Source of the DNA: Botryllus schlosseri
Taxonomy: Eukaryota
DNA: 64,000 nucleotides
Assembly: GCA_051294905.1 (NCBI GenBank)
Contig: CM119379.1
Coordinates: 16,492,001-16,556,000, forward strand
Reading direction: 5' to 3'
Both the position numbers and the translations under genes were made by a program. The notes beneath the pieces were generated by a model. That model was given only the letters and a program-made list of their open reading frames with translations. It did not search any database and was not told the origin of the DNA. Each line of letters begins with the position of its first letter. The stretch's first letter is position 1. Shown one piece after another: positions 11,044-23,719 of this stretch.

Positions 11044-14000
11044 AAAGAGGCAATGACCAATGACAGCACTACAAAGTCACAGGTAATATGCTTGGACAAT
11101 GGACAATTGGACATGGACAAAGCAGTACCAGTTTAACGACGATGAAATATTCTAGAAGTCAATTTTTTACGCACGTATGCCCATCATTTTGACGAAGACG
11201 GAACAAAGCATGTTTCGCGGTTCTAAGCGGCCAGGGGACCGCGATCCCCAATTTTAGACGACCTAATCCGCACAATCAGTGAGCATCGCATACCATAGAC
11301 GCAACTCTCTCGTTTAGTAATCTAGAAAATATAAAAGCTAGGATAGCAAGATTAATTTTTGGCCACGCTTTATCCGATGAGATTTTAGCACATTTTAAAC
11401 ATCTATTATCTTTCCACTGTGTCGCAATCTTATGATACGAACGAACGAATTATACGTACACACTCCACATCCACGCCACGATTATTCCGTCCAATGATGA
11501 GTGATGACTTGAAGAAGACAGTGCTATATCAATTATACACACATCTATATTTTCGTCGACACCTAAAATTCAAACTTGATGCATTTCCGGTCATATGTCT
11601 CGCGTGTTTACGCGGAATTTCAATCAAATTTCTCACAGGCTCTGACGCAACAGACGATAAAGCAGGTCTAATGAATATTGAGCAGGAATTATGACTAAAC
11701 GAGTTACCAAAAAATAAGCATAGTGAATGGGGGAGCTGTCGACGGAGTATCAGATTCGTCGAGTTATACTGGTACGACATGAGAGTTAGACCAGGGAGGG
11801 AACAGATAATTTTATAGTTGTGCTTGAAACGCTACGATACGACAATAAGGAGGTAATATGATTAATTAATAAATAAACAAAGTACAGGTATTTCGTCAAA
11901 GGAGCTATATTTACCCTATATTTTAAATTGTCAATACCAATCCATTACGACGTGACAATTGAGTATTCGTGACGTCATGTCATAAAAAAAGAAACATGTT
12001 TTAAATTGATTTTTATTTTAAATGCAACCCTAAATATAATGGAAAAAGTTTACTATATCCAACGCTGCTTTCCAGCTGTGTGCGTAAACTGAAAAGTGGA
12101 CACTGGACATGAGGATTTGAAAATGGACGCTACTATAGAACATGTTCCGGTCAAGTGACCACATTAAATGGAACTCGACTCTGGAAATATACACTTTTGT
12201 TGAATTCTCCGTTGGTTGACTAAAAAAAATGGTCGACTTTCCGGCTCAACTCACGAAATACCGACCGGAACATTTGCAATTCCTATTGTTAGGTTGTGGC
12301 AGTATATAAACAGCACTTCGTTCATTTTAACACATTATAACTATGAGTGGTTATAGTGAAATAATGACGATCTATCTATGCAGTAACAATTGAATATGAG
12401 CTCATACAAGGTTGTGGCAGGGTACAATTGTGAGCATCTTGTTCAAAAAGGTTTAGCAGTGAAGTTATGCACACTAAAGTAAACAAACATCGAAAAAGTG
12501 AAGACGCTTCCTTGACAATTCGGCAATCAGTTGCGTTGGTGGGGATATCAAAAAATACTATTAGAGTCCTATATCATGTGTTACGACGGTATACAGTATC
12601 TGCTGCTAAATGGCTTGGTACCGAAAATGCTGTACAATATACTAACCTGGAGGTAGGCTATAACTGATGTAATTTTCTGCCATCTGTGCGAATTACTGCA
12701 GTATAGCGCAGCTGCAACTAATTTATTACGCAACAGATACAATATACCGTATGTTGAATGCTTTGTCTGCTTGAACCCACGACCATGTATGAACAATTGA
12801 TTTTTCGCTTAATTCGGACAAACCCGTTTCTTCGCTTAATTCGGTCAAAATTGAGGGGAACCAAACTGCCCGAATTATGCGTTGTCTACTGTACTTTCTA
12901 GAGATTTCTCGACATATTCGGGAATGCTAAGACGACAACATGATGGGGAACATTAAAAAGAGAGATAAATCATACATATATTTGCAAGAGCTATACTGCA
13001 CTATAATTTCAAATACCGTAGTTATTTTAGTATGCCTATATTTCAGAATGACAGATTACGGCGTCCGTTTAGAAATGGATGGTCCATGAACAGCATCGCT
13101 TATAACGCGGGAATCGGTGAGCATTCTTACACAAGATTTGATTTCGCTGGTCTTGCGTATGCTGGTCAATACAGAATGTTGTATTGATGCCGGTAGATGG
13201 CCGATTTACATACAATTTGTCTGGTGATATGGAAAGCATATAGAAAGCACTCTTGCCGCCAAGAATTATCACCGGGAAACATATACGGCGTTGCTCCAAA
13301 TTAGTATTCCCTAAAAGTACCACCGAGACTACAATCTCTGTCGCACGAGTAGGCAATCTATATGCATATATATTTGTCATGCAGTGTTGACTCCGCTGCA
13401 TTTAACGTCGTCCACGTAATCTAAAATCATACGTGGTAGAACCAATATTCTGGCAGACAGTGACGCACGGGATCTTTCTTGCCACCTTACGGTATACCTT
13501 TAGCGATAGACTTTAGATTCGTGGGCTCCAAGTAGTGACAGTAAAGCCGGGTAGACGCCCGCCGTCAGCAAATGTGCTTAATCTACGCGAATGTTTTGAG
13601 TAACAACGCATCTTTAATGGAGGCATATCAAAAATTCGAATGTATATTGCGCTAATTCGTTGAATAAGTAATGTGCTACGTACATTTACTGACTTTTCTG
13701 CAACTCGATCTACGCACACAATTTGCAGATGCCCTCAAGAAGCTGCTTTCGGAGAAAAAACGAAGTGACCCGACAGGTATGTCACTCGATCGCATTGTGT
13801 GTATACCGTTACTACACAATCCAATACTAATTGACGCATTGTGCCCCTATACAATTCGGTCGATGGTTAAAAAAATTGAAGATCACTTCCGTTTTCCGAT
13901 TCGGTAGCTCGGTCAAAGCGATATCAGATAAGTTTCATGCGCATGACGAACCCGAATTTATGGTGCTTTTTACCTTAAAATAGTATATTCTAAGTATTGT

Positions 14001-14867
14001 GAGGTCATAGTAATTAGGCTTGTCCGGGGAAATGCTTTCCAGTTTGACAGCACAGTGAATCCGAATGATTTTGTTTGTTTGAACTTTTTGCAGATGATTT
14101 TCCCGCTCCGAATCGTTTTGGAGACGAAAAAATCAACAACCTCCTCGACGACTTTGTCTTGTTTTTAAAACTGAAGGGTAATATTGATAATTTTATATTT
14201 TAAATTATAGCCTTCGCATACATTCGGAATCGGTGTGGGTCGATGCGTGCCAGTGTGCTTATTAAAAGCTACTAATTATTCGACCCGTGCCAAAAAGCCA
14301 CTGACACCATGCCTTTTAGTATCATTAGAAGACAGCGTCGACGAGTTTTTTTTTTCAAAAAATAGGTTACATATCAGGGGAGACCAACGCGTGGCCCGCG
14401 CGGTATTTGTATTTTTCACAATAACTTAGGGGTTTGTAATTCATGGCGAAATAACAACACCCTTTAACAGAGTCATTGATAACAACGCTCAGCTAACACG
14501 CGAGAACCTATAATAGTTGCAAAAGTAGCAATATTATTGACAACATTCGTTCAATGACTGTAAAGAAAATTCGCGTTTCGCGCGGTTAGACTAGACTAGA
14601 ATGCAAAACAAATGCACACCATTTCATAACATAATACTGGAAATTTTGGTAAGTCGAATCGCACTTACTTTGCTCCGTAAACTGCGCGCGTGTATGTGTG
14701 AATAGTTGTAGTGATGAAATTACCCGCAGAGGCAAACGGGAGTCCGGGGGACGTCCCGTAGAATTTAGATTGATCACGATCACTCTATTGGTGGGACGAG
14801 ACCATTTATGGGTTGCTGATAGAGTGCTGTAACAGTCCTAGTTATATCAGACATCCGTTTCTAAGAT

Positions 14868-14904
<37 letters not shown>

Positions 14905-15463
14905 CCCGCATCCATCGAGGTGCTTTTGACGATGGCGATAGGGTCGAACCTTACAGTAAGGTTAATGCGTAACTCCGTCTCCTCTATGCTATCTCGGAAA
15001 TTGAGCGCCAAGATACCAACTTTCCGTTTCGGCCCTTAGCCTGACCCGGTCGGGGATGGAACCCACGACATATGAATCATGAAGCCCGACGCTTCACCAT
15101 CTCAACAATAAACACTCAACAATCATTTGCGAATCGAATGTGGCCCTTCGACCAAAACGTTGGACAACACTGTCGTGTATCAAGGATAGTTATATGTGTG
15201 ACGTGATTAACTACATCACACAGGACTTCTATTGGGTACGCCCGGACGAACTGTGCATAGGACATTTCTTCAAATAGATGTAGCTTCATGAAATTGTACC
15301 AAGACCAACAGGTCTCGATATATCTCTAAAGATTCGGTGGTATGGTGCAGACTCGTGGAATTATACTGTATTACAATTCTCTACCGTTACAGACAGTCAA
15401 TTGTTCGAGCCTTCGCTTCTCAACTGCATCAGATCTGAGATGTCAGAAATTACAGAAGATTGA
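9464..15463 (+). CDS. GALP: Galanin-like peptide precursor (preprogalanin / Ci-GALP ortholog), about 115 aa, five coding exons
   Basis: Exons 9464-9538, 13047-13116, 13729-13776, 14094-14177 and 15393-15463, all GT-AG with compatible phases (0, 1, 1, 1), give MINSNICLVLCLALIAESQQANPEANDRLRR-PFRNGWSMNSIAYNAGIDALKKLLSE-KKR-SDPTDDFPAPNRFGDEKINNLLDDFVLFLKLKDSQLFEPSLLNCIRSEMSEITED*. It has a signal peptide, dibasic sites, and a peptide aligning with Ci-GALP (PFRGQGGWTLNSVGYNAGLGALRKLFE, from memory). AATAAA occurs at 15554 and 15570. The last exon is less certain than the middle three. Confidence 0.88.
11009..11040. repeat. (GA)16 microsatellite
   Basis: Read directly; lies in an intron of the galanin-like gene. 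Confidence 0.95.
11881..12032 (+). mobile_element. Partial (right-end) copy of the 1921-2342 MITE
   Basis: tatttcgtcaaaggagctatatttaccctat...ttttaaatgcaacccta matches 2151-2342. Confidence 0.85.
14871..15106 (-). mobile_element. tRNA-derived SINE with a (TC)16 tail
   Basis: The minus strand reads GTTGAGATGGTGAAGCGTCGGGCTTC..GTCGTGGGTTCCATCCCCGACCGGGTCAG (A/B-box-like head), then the core ttggcgctcaatttccgagatagcatagagg shared with the other SINEs, and ends in the (GA)16 at 14871-14902. Confidence 0.7.
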
Positions 15464-16833
15464 AACGATGTCCATATAATGAGTTATTTTATCCTCCAAA
15501 CTTTCTGTACCCATAGAGTGCCGTAAACATATTCCTGTATGAAGATGTGCTATAATAAAGGATTTCGCGAATAAAATCTATTCAATACAAGATCAAATGA
15601 TATTCCTATTTCGTCGCATACCCGTGATCTGACGATGTCTTGGTCAAGGCTGCGTGAAGTGGTCAGGGACAAATCGTTGACTTGAAGTGGCATATTTCAT
15701 AATCTTATCGCATCTTCAACAAGGCATATCATCGACACAAACAAATATAATGGCGACCAAAGATTATTTTAAACGAGCTAATTTCATCTGCAGTGAACAA
15801 CACAGGTCAACTAAGCAAGACTTCCAGGGGCCCCCTATAAGTATGCAGTCGCAGCCCCCCCCCCCCAGACTCCCTTTTCGTATCTGTTATCACCACCTTA
15901 ATAGTAGTGCGCCATTTAGAACGGAATTACGTGATGTGTATATGACACGGCTTTAAAGCAGGCTATTCACTGTTGAATTGCTCTAGTGCTCTAGCTTCTG
16001 CGTCTTCTTTTATCATACATTGTCAAATTATAAAAGAAGTGACTCGGTTAACTATAATTCATGTGTTCATGTATGGCAGGTAGCGTGAAATAATAGAATA
16101 GCGATACAACTGCTGCAGGCTAAATAGGTAACACTAATCTGGACACTGTGGACAGCTATCGGCTGACATTACTAATAAGCCAGCACACCACGTCAAGGTT
16201 TGAGCCAGGCTCTGGATTAGGCCATATCTATTATTGAATGATTGCAAGGATAGACTACATCAAAACTATACCTCTACCGCATACAGAGACTTGATGATTA
16301 TCGGGTTAAGGGACTTTTCTACCAAATGCATAGATTTGATGATTGACCCATCTGTGCGGAATCATTGGTTCACAGATTTCCACGTATATTCGCTATGATC
16401 CTTGAAAAGGGCGCTTAAACCAAAGAGGGGGAGCTTTGAGCAGGGGGCTCGGACGACCGCCCATCTCGCCCACACCAAAAGCGATCACTGCCCAGTGCTC
16501 ATTACCCATTCTTTTATAAGTGATATTACTGTATCTCTTCAATTCGATGAGGATTGGCAGTCTATACAGACGTGACATGTGCGGGTTAGAGGCGCAACAG
16601 CGCCCGCCAACGTGCGACGACTTCGCATTTGGGCAAATTTCGTCAAATCAATTCAAATAACGTCGGTTTGTCTGGAGATTTCACAGGTTGGCACTGTTTA
16701 AAATTGAAGAGCTTATTGGAAGTACAGAACTTCGTTATTCAATTGAATAATATTCATTCATTCATTGTGGCTACGTGGAAAAAGAACGACACAACTTTTG
16801 CAGGACCGCATAAAGCAGCATATCCCTATAGAC

Positions 16834-17638
16834 CAGAGATCTCAAACTCAAATGTGCTCGCGGGCCAATTTCCTACTTTTTGATGACGTCGCGGCCGCAG
16901 CACCAATAATGATAGGGTACTTCAATGTATTTCCGAGTAGGTCTTATTTGACGGCACCTTGCAGACTGACATTCCACATGTATCTTGAAAATGTGATTTA
17001 CTATTGTGAATTCGCGCCTGGCACGAAAAAAATCACAGTTTAAAATATTTGAATAAAATTGTTGCTGTACTTGGCATAGTTGCTGTATATTTATTTGTAG
17101 ATACCATGCGAGACTACAAATGCACTAGGAAATCGTAAAAGCTGTCGAGTTATAATTTTGCAGTAAGCGGCCATTTGACGTGTCACAATTATAGGTAGAA
17201 TATTTTAGAATTTTACAAAGATTGATCTGATATCAGAGCATTGGAGGTTTGGAGCAGTACAGCCCAATCCGGGTTTCGGGCATACTCCTGAAAACAAGGC
17301 ATGTCATTACTTAAATCAAATTAAATCAGCGTTAGATTTACCTTCGAATATTGGAACAGATCTAATATCTTGCATATAATGATTACTGTGCCATATAGCA
17401 ATAGAAATGTCCAATCGCCGAAGTATTCATTGAACTTCCACTGCGTGGTAACTTGAAAGTGATGCAATAGTGAAGTTTGATGAGTATATAGTTTCAGGCT
17501 CCTGGAGTAGTTTTGGGGCGAATTTACAGTTTTCAAATAAAAATAAAAAAGATATTTGGCAGTCGAATACTTCGAAATCCAAAATACCGTCGCGGGCCGC
17601 ATAAAATGGTCTCGCGGGCCGCGTGTGTGAGGCCTCTG
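16834..17638. mobile_element. hAT (Charlie/Buster-type) MITE, 805 bp
   Basis: TIRs CAGAGATCTCAAAC / GTGTGAGGCCTCTG, subterminal cgcgggcc repeats, and a perfect 8-bp TSD CTATAGAC (16826-16833, 17639-17646) with central TA. Confidence 0.9.
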
Positions 17639-19892
17639 CTATAGACATATTAGAATACCCGAATCACGCTTGGAGAACAGTTCGAACTTGACTCATCCCC
17701 GAAGCTTGAATCTGAACAGGCAAAGACCATGAATCCTACCATTGGCACACAGCATTTGTTCGATAATTCTGTTTGTACGAAAAATTATCGAGACCACAGA
17801 ATTCGCGTTGTCGGAAGAGGCCATCTAGCTCACACTTTCATTTGTGTGCCTGAGAGTCGACTTTTATCAAGATCCGCCAACCTGTTTAGTGCCAACAGAA
17901 GCAATAAATGTATCTTCTAAATTAGCACATTGATGAGCTTTGGCGATCTCGAGTATCATAAGTATATTTGTATGCCGCGATCCGTAGACCACGGACTCGC
18001 TGTATACCCCCACTGGATATTGGACAAGTCAAACGTTCTATATGGTTATAAGGTATATTATACGTATGGTATATAACCGTTTACTTTTCAAGGCACTGGC
18101 GAGCGCCGGGGCTCCTGATTTGGAGTCAGATTCCCCGAGAATAAGATTCGATAATATATAAATCCTAAATTGTTAAATGATTCTATTGACGACTAGCTTA
18201 TATTCCTTAGCACAGTCCTCATAGACAGGCTACGTAACAAGCTCCTATACGCATCTGATATTGAATATGAGTATAAAAATACACAATACCTACATCAACT
18301 GTTTGCTCAGCACTTTGTTGGCCGTGACAACTTCACTATTCGTAAAATACATCCAGTTCGCAATATATTATACTTGAACAAATGTGTACACCTTCAACAG
18401 CAAACGGTTTGCGTTGGGTGGAGTGTGTGAATTGAAAACGAAACATATTTATCGACTTGAAGCAGAGCATGAGATACCGTTAAACTTATGTAAAGCCAAG
18501 TCGCGGCTTCGGCTACTGGTGGACAGTGGACAGCACACAGGCGCAACTATCGCATTAACAACGTAAATCGAACGGTGACAACGGTGTTCGTGAAATCAAG
18601 TTCAAACTGATTCAAAACAGTCATTTTGGAATACTTTTGTGTATTCACATTTCTCTACAATTGCGCTTACGCAACTTTTATTATATAGTTTCAGCATCCC
18701 TTCATATGCTTTTCTCCGTATCGGAAGACAAAACGGGGTCACATGAGTTTATTATTCGGCCACGTCTGAAAAGGGCTGCCGACCACTGCTATACATTGGT
18801 GGATAGTACGGCGAACATGGCCGTTTCGATATCCGCTAATGTGTTCATCACATGGCATATTGTACGTACCCGTCGTACATTCATTGCGTATCGTTTGCAA
18901 ATAAAAAAATACTAGCGCCGGTGGTTTATCAGCACTTAACCGCGGCATGTGAAAAATATTTCCGATTGGGATAGCTGTCATCGCAACTCACCCGTGCTGC
19001 TACTCAGATACTCTAGGAACAGTGATATCTCCTTACTACGACTTACGATACACGCTGCGAGAGTATAATAATTTGTTTGGATCTGCGATCAAAGAAACCC
19101 GCGAATGTTGAGAAAAATGTAGAATTATAGATTTTATGCCTGTGCTCGGAGCTTGACTCGCAGCTGTATACACTCATTTGGGATAAAATCAGGCTTAACA
19201 GATTAACATCGTACACAACAGCGTGTTTACACTGTTAGGACAACCATAAGACTTGACAATGAGTCGAAGGTCAAATCTGAAAGCCAAGTCAGGAACGCGA
19301 CTCGCAGATGAAATCTCAAAAGGCAACAGGAATTAGTCGATAGAGCCGACGGTTTACCACACACGTTCACGTTCAGTTTACTAGGTCTATCGGTGGAAAA
19401 CATGTACATTATTCCACAGGGACATGGTAGGTAATCTAATAGAATGTAGCAAAGTTCACCCTTACATATACACATTACACAGCGTCCTTTCATCACGCAT
19501 GCCATCGCTTTATTGTTGCGGAAACAAAATACAAACACAAGATGAATTGTATGCCTAGATCAGGCAAATGTCTGTGAACTCGGGGCATGAAAAAATAAGA
19601 AAAAATCGACGCGATTGATATCAATCTTCGGGTGTTAGTGTTGGCACCATCCCTCAAACCAGTCCGATACCAATTCTTAGCAAATAGAAGCAAAATAGCA
19701 TTCACAAAACGCTTCAGCACCACGGACCAAATAAATGGGTACCTTACATAAGAGATTTCACCGAAGTTGGCCGACGATAGTACGATGAAGCCAGCCATCA
19801 AATTATACTGCAGTACCGTTGTGATTCTACGGAGTGCCACTACTATGAGGCTTTTATGATAATACTGAGATTATAGAAAAAGCGATATATTT

Positions 19893-21323
19893 TCAAGCTG
19901 CGATACTGCATTTTTCCGCGACTGCGGCGATCAGCGCCGCGCCTTTACCGCTTCCGTCGAAGGACAGCATGAAGTTGACAGTAATTCCGTGGTCTTCGGT
20001 AAGAAGGGCTACTTTCTCGGACATCTTCGCAGCAAAAGTGGGATGCTTTTTGTACACTGTCCCATCCACCCCGACGGTTATCGTCATGTTGCTTTTGTCG
20101 GGATGATTCGCTTTGATTTTGCGGGCGATAGCGGCCACGCCGGCCGCGCAAAGATACGCGGATCTGGTAGAGACCGCGTCGCATATGTAGTGTACATTTT
20201 CGCAATCGTCGCGCGTGGCGCCGAGTTCGAGATCGAACAGGATGCTTTGTATTTCGTGAAAGCCATTCTTCACGTTGCTTTGTATTTGGGAAACCAGATC
20301 GGTGCCGAACTTACCTTTAGACCGTAGCTCTTCTGATGTCTCGCCGTTGAACAAGACCTTTTCTTCTGCCAGCTTCACCAAGACCCGCCGAACTATTTCT
20401 CCCATGTACATACCGCTCATCATCTTCTCGTACACTTGTTTACCGGGATTTATTGAATTCTTGTCGATGACAATATCGTATTTGTTTCTGATGTCATCCA
20501 AAATACCATCGTCCCCAAAAGCCCCCCACTCTGTATTGACGCACATTTCGCCTTCATTGGAGTCTAGACTGTGTATGTTTTCCATATTCTCCATGTAACA
20601 ACAATTGGTGCCAGTGCCAATGATCAAGCCGGCTTCACAATCTGGCGCTTCATACGCACAACTCATTAGCGTGCCTACAGTGTCGTTGACCACTGCCGAC
20701 ACTGAAACTTTCATACCTCCATGCCTATCGATGGCATCGCGAAGCATTTGTACTACATCTCTGTCAACAACACCGGCGCAATTGAAGCCTTTCGTCCATG
20801 ATATTAGAGTAGCCTTATCGATCCCGTGCTGTCTGAGCGGAAACGAGAAGGTAAAACCTATTGACATACGGCGCTCAAGGATGTCTAATCGCTCAAGAAA
20901 CTGGTAGATGCAATTTGCGATGTGGTCGAAAAGCTGTTCCCCGTGTCCGGTCATGATGCTTTTTGGTACCCTATAAATCTGACTGTCCATCTCAGGACGC
21001 TCGTTAGCCTTGAGCGTGACGTGCAACACTCTGAAGTTTGTACCGCCCAAGTCTAACGCCAAAAACGACCCCTCTTCAGATCCGTCAGGCTTCGATTTTA
21101 CATAGGTGGGTAACATTTTCAAAGGAGGTTCTTTGTCAGTGTTTTTGGCCAGGCCCTGCGACATGCTCTCTAGCATCCTGGACGTTATCGATTCTAGTTG
21201 CTCATCTGAGAGGTAGAAGTCGCTTAAAGCATCCGCTAAGTAGTACAGTATTGATGGGGTTCGCACCAGAGTGCCCCTACGCCTCAGTCTTGGTTTTTCG
21301 GAGCCCGACATCTCTATATTCAT
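19893..21323 (-). CDS. HK: Single-domain (about 50 kDa) hexokinase, intronless, 476 aa
   Basis: Uninterrupted ORF with hexokinase motifs LALDLGGTNFRV, GFTFSFP, VVNDTVGT, IIGTGTN, EKMMSGMY and DGSGKGAAL. Confidence 0.95.
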   Translation of the reverse strand: MNIEMSGSEKPRLRRRGTLVRTPSILYYLADALSDFYLSDEQLESITSRMLESMSQGLAKNTDKEPPLKMLPTYVKSKPDGSEEGSFLALDLGGTNFRVLHVTLKANERPEMDSQIYRVPKSIMTGHGEQLFDHIANCIYQFLERLDILERRMSIGFTFSFPLRQHGIDKATLISWTKGFNCAGVVDRDVVQMLRDAIDRHGGMKVSVSAVVNDTVGTLMSCAYEAPDCEAGLIIGTGTNCCYMENMENIHSLDSNEGEMCVNTEWGAFGDDGILDDIRNKYDIVIDKNSINPGKQVYEKMMSGMYMGEIVRRVLVKLAEEKVLFNGETSEELRSKGKFGTDLVSQIQSNVKNGFHEIQSILFDLELGATRDDCENVHYICDAVSTRSAYLCAAGVAAIARKIKANHPDKSNMTITVGVDGTVYKKHPTFAAKMSEKVALLTEDHGITVNFMLSFDGSGKGAALIAAVAEKCSIAA

Positions 21324-23719
21324 CTGCAGCCTGCTACAAACCTGGCAGCAGAATAGGCGATGTCGAAGTGCAACGGCGGCAATCGTTGATTCGTTTGCTT
21401 GAAGGAATTTCTCAACAAGCTAAATAATACAGCGCTAAAACTCAACTTCCCATCTCAGGAACGAGAGATTAGCTAAAGTTTACGTCCGAATTATTTATGG
21501 CTTCTGTCTTCTGTGCAATCTCTGTTTAGCACACCATATGTGCCGTGGCATTCTAGTGTAGTGACATACGCCTCTTGATACCGCCTACATTTCCGCCTAT
21601 TTTCAACAGTACAACAGTACGGGGAATGACATAATCTTATCGCGAGCTCTGCGCGGATTTATGACGGAATTCCTTGAACTTGTTGAACGAAAAATAACAT
21701 CGTAACTGCGATTCTTGTTCCAACACCGGAGGTCACAGAGTACAGACAAGCAGTAGCAAAGCCAGTCGCTTGCAGCCACAGTGGCTGTACGAGCGTAATT
21801 TGTGAATCATCGCCACTTGGACCAGCTTTTTCTACTTCAAATCGCAGCGTGCGACTAAACGATTGTGATTTACGATATACGCTCGAATCGTGATTGTCAC
21901 TATATTTGGAACGTTGCCAGTTAAATTTCCGAAGTAGGTGTACACATTGGGTCATATTTCTTCTCTCAGCATCGTGCGCACGTCCGGCTTCTGAGGTTTT
22001 CGGTTGAGTCACATCGTACGAATGCCCGATATCATGTGACTTGCGCGTAGCCGCCGGCTTGTGATGGAAGTACGCCTATTTATTGCTTATTCACGATTGT
22101 GTAGTGTTGGCCTATATGTAGGCCTGGATGTATGATTGTATCGTTCACGGTTTCTCACGACTCTTCCAGAAATAGGTGATTTCAAAACAATTGAAATTGC
22201 ACGTTGCCCAGTTCGGGGATGAATTGCGGGTAAGCCGCGCGAAAAATATAATGTAGGTATAGGTTTTAAACATACGAGTATAATATGAACGTTGCATCGT
22301 CCATTTCTCGTTTTCTAACCAGATCGCCAACGATCGCTCTTTGCTCAAAAGGCGGAATAATACAATAACCACTAGGCTACAACTACTCCATAGAAACTAT
22401 ATCACCTACTTCAGTGGTTACCTTATTACAGGACGTGACCAATGATCACTGTGGCGCATGAAAATAACACCAAGACATATCGAAAGGAATTTTTTGTCCA
22501 CAATAGCATCCATATAAATTTGGTCAGACAACCCCTCTTTAACGCCAGCCTCGAAAAAAAAACACTTCTGAATCACGCGATTACGATTACACAGAAAAGT
22601 AACAACGATTATTCGTGAGTCGAGATTATATAGGCCTACATTTTGCTTCCTTGAACTTGAGCCTTTAACGCATACTCGAAAATTATACTACTACGTTGAA
22701 TACTATTTACCGACCACGTGTGGGTAATTCTTTACGCAATGGCATGCATAGCAAATACCTGTGATGTGTAACAATGAGCGGCAGTGAATATCCTAAGTTG
22801 GTACTTTCTCGATACAACGCACCATTCCTTGTTCACAAATGTGCAGTTTATGACAAAAGTTGAAGTAAAGAAGTTCAGTAATCGTTTTTTACAAAGAAAT
22901 CAATCAGATATGTAAAAGATTAAGACCAAGCTGGATTTTTTCGAATTTATTTCATTACAATTACAATTACTTGGAAATGATTACGAGTACAGATCAGTAT
23001 ACTTCATGTCTTGCTCTTGACGTATCAATTACTAGGGTAACTAGTCTGGCGCTTTAGTAACGAGAAACGCACTGTAATATATAAATGTTCAAAACGGAAA
23101 TTTAGGGCGCGAAACTGCACTATCCTCACCTTTTAGCTGCTAAACTGTCTCATTTGGTTCAAACCTATCGTACCCAACCGTGAAGCGCATTTTCAAGTCG
23201 CTAAGACGAATTAGTCTACAACCCATTATCCAACCTTACTGAAATTGGTTCGACATCAATTATATATTACCAACGATTGAATCATTCAATCTCACATTAT
23301 GAAAACGGATTTATTGCACTTTCACATGTATTCAATTACTTCTATCGTGTCGACATTATCAACTCATCAACCAACAGAGAGGACAGCATTAATTAGTCAT
23401 CGATGTAAGCATGTAATGGGCGGTTACACCATATTGATGTAGACCAGATTCGGCATCTCACAGTGTAGCTGTCTCAATACTAAAATCTTCAACCATAATA
23501 TAACATTGGAGTTGCTAACTGATCGTTGTTCTCTACTAAAATACCTTGAAAAACAACCTGATCGCGTTCTGATGGAATCACTTTGCGCGAAAGCTGATAA
23601 TTCCTGATCGTTTTCTTCCTCGATCGCAAACGCCGAGATGCAATCCCTTCAGTGCTGTCCATCATAGACTTGAGAAATGTCAATCAACAATGACATGGTC
23701 ACTGACAAATCAGGATCCG

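Noticed and set aside
19945-21427. Several 60-130 aa ORFs overlapping hexokinase on either strand
   Set aside because: Shadow ORFs of a GC-richer real CDS; no motifs of their own.
21659-22012. 117-aa ORF upstream of hexokinase
   Set aside because: No recognisable domain and no usable donor to join it to the hexokinase CDS.
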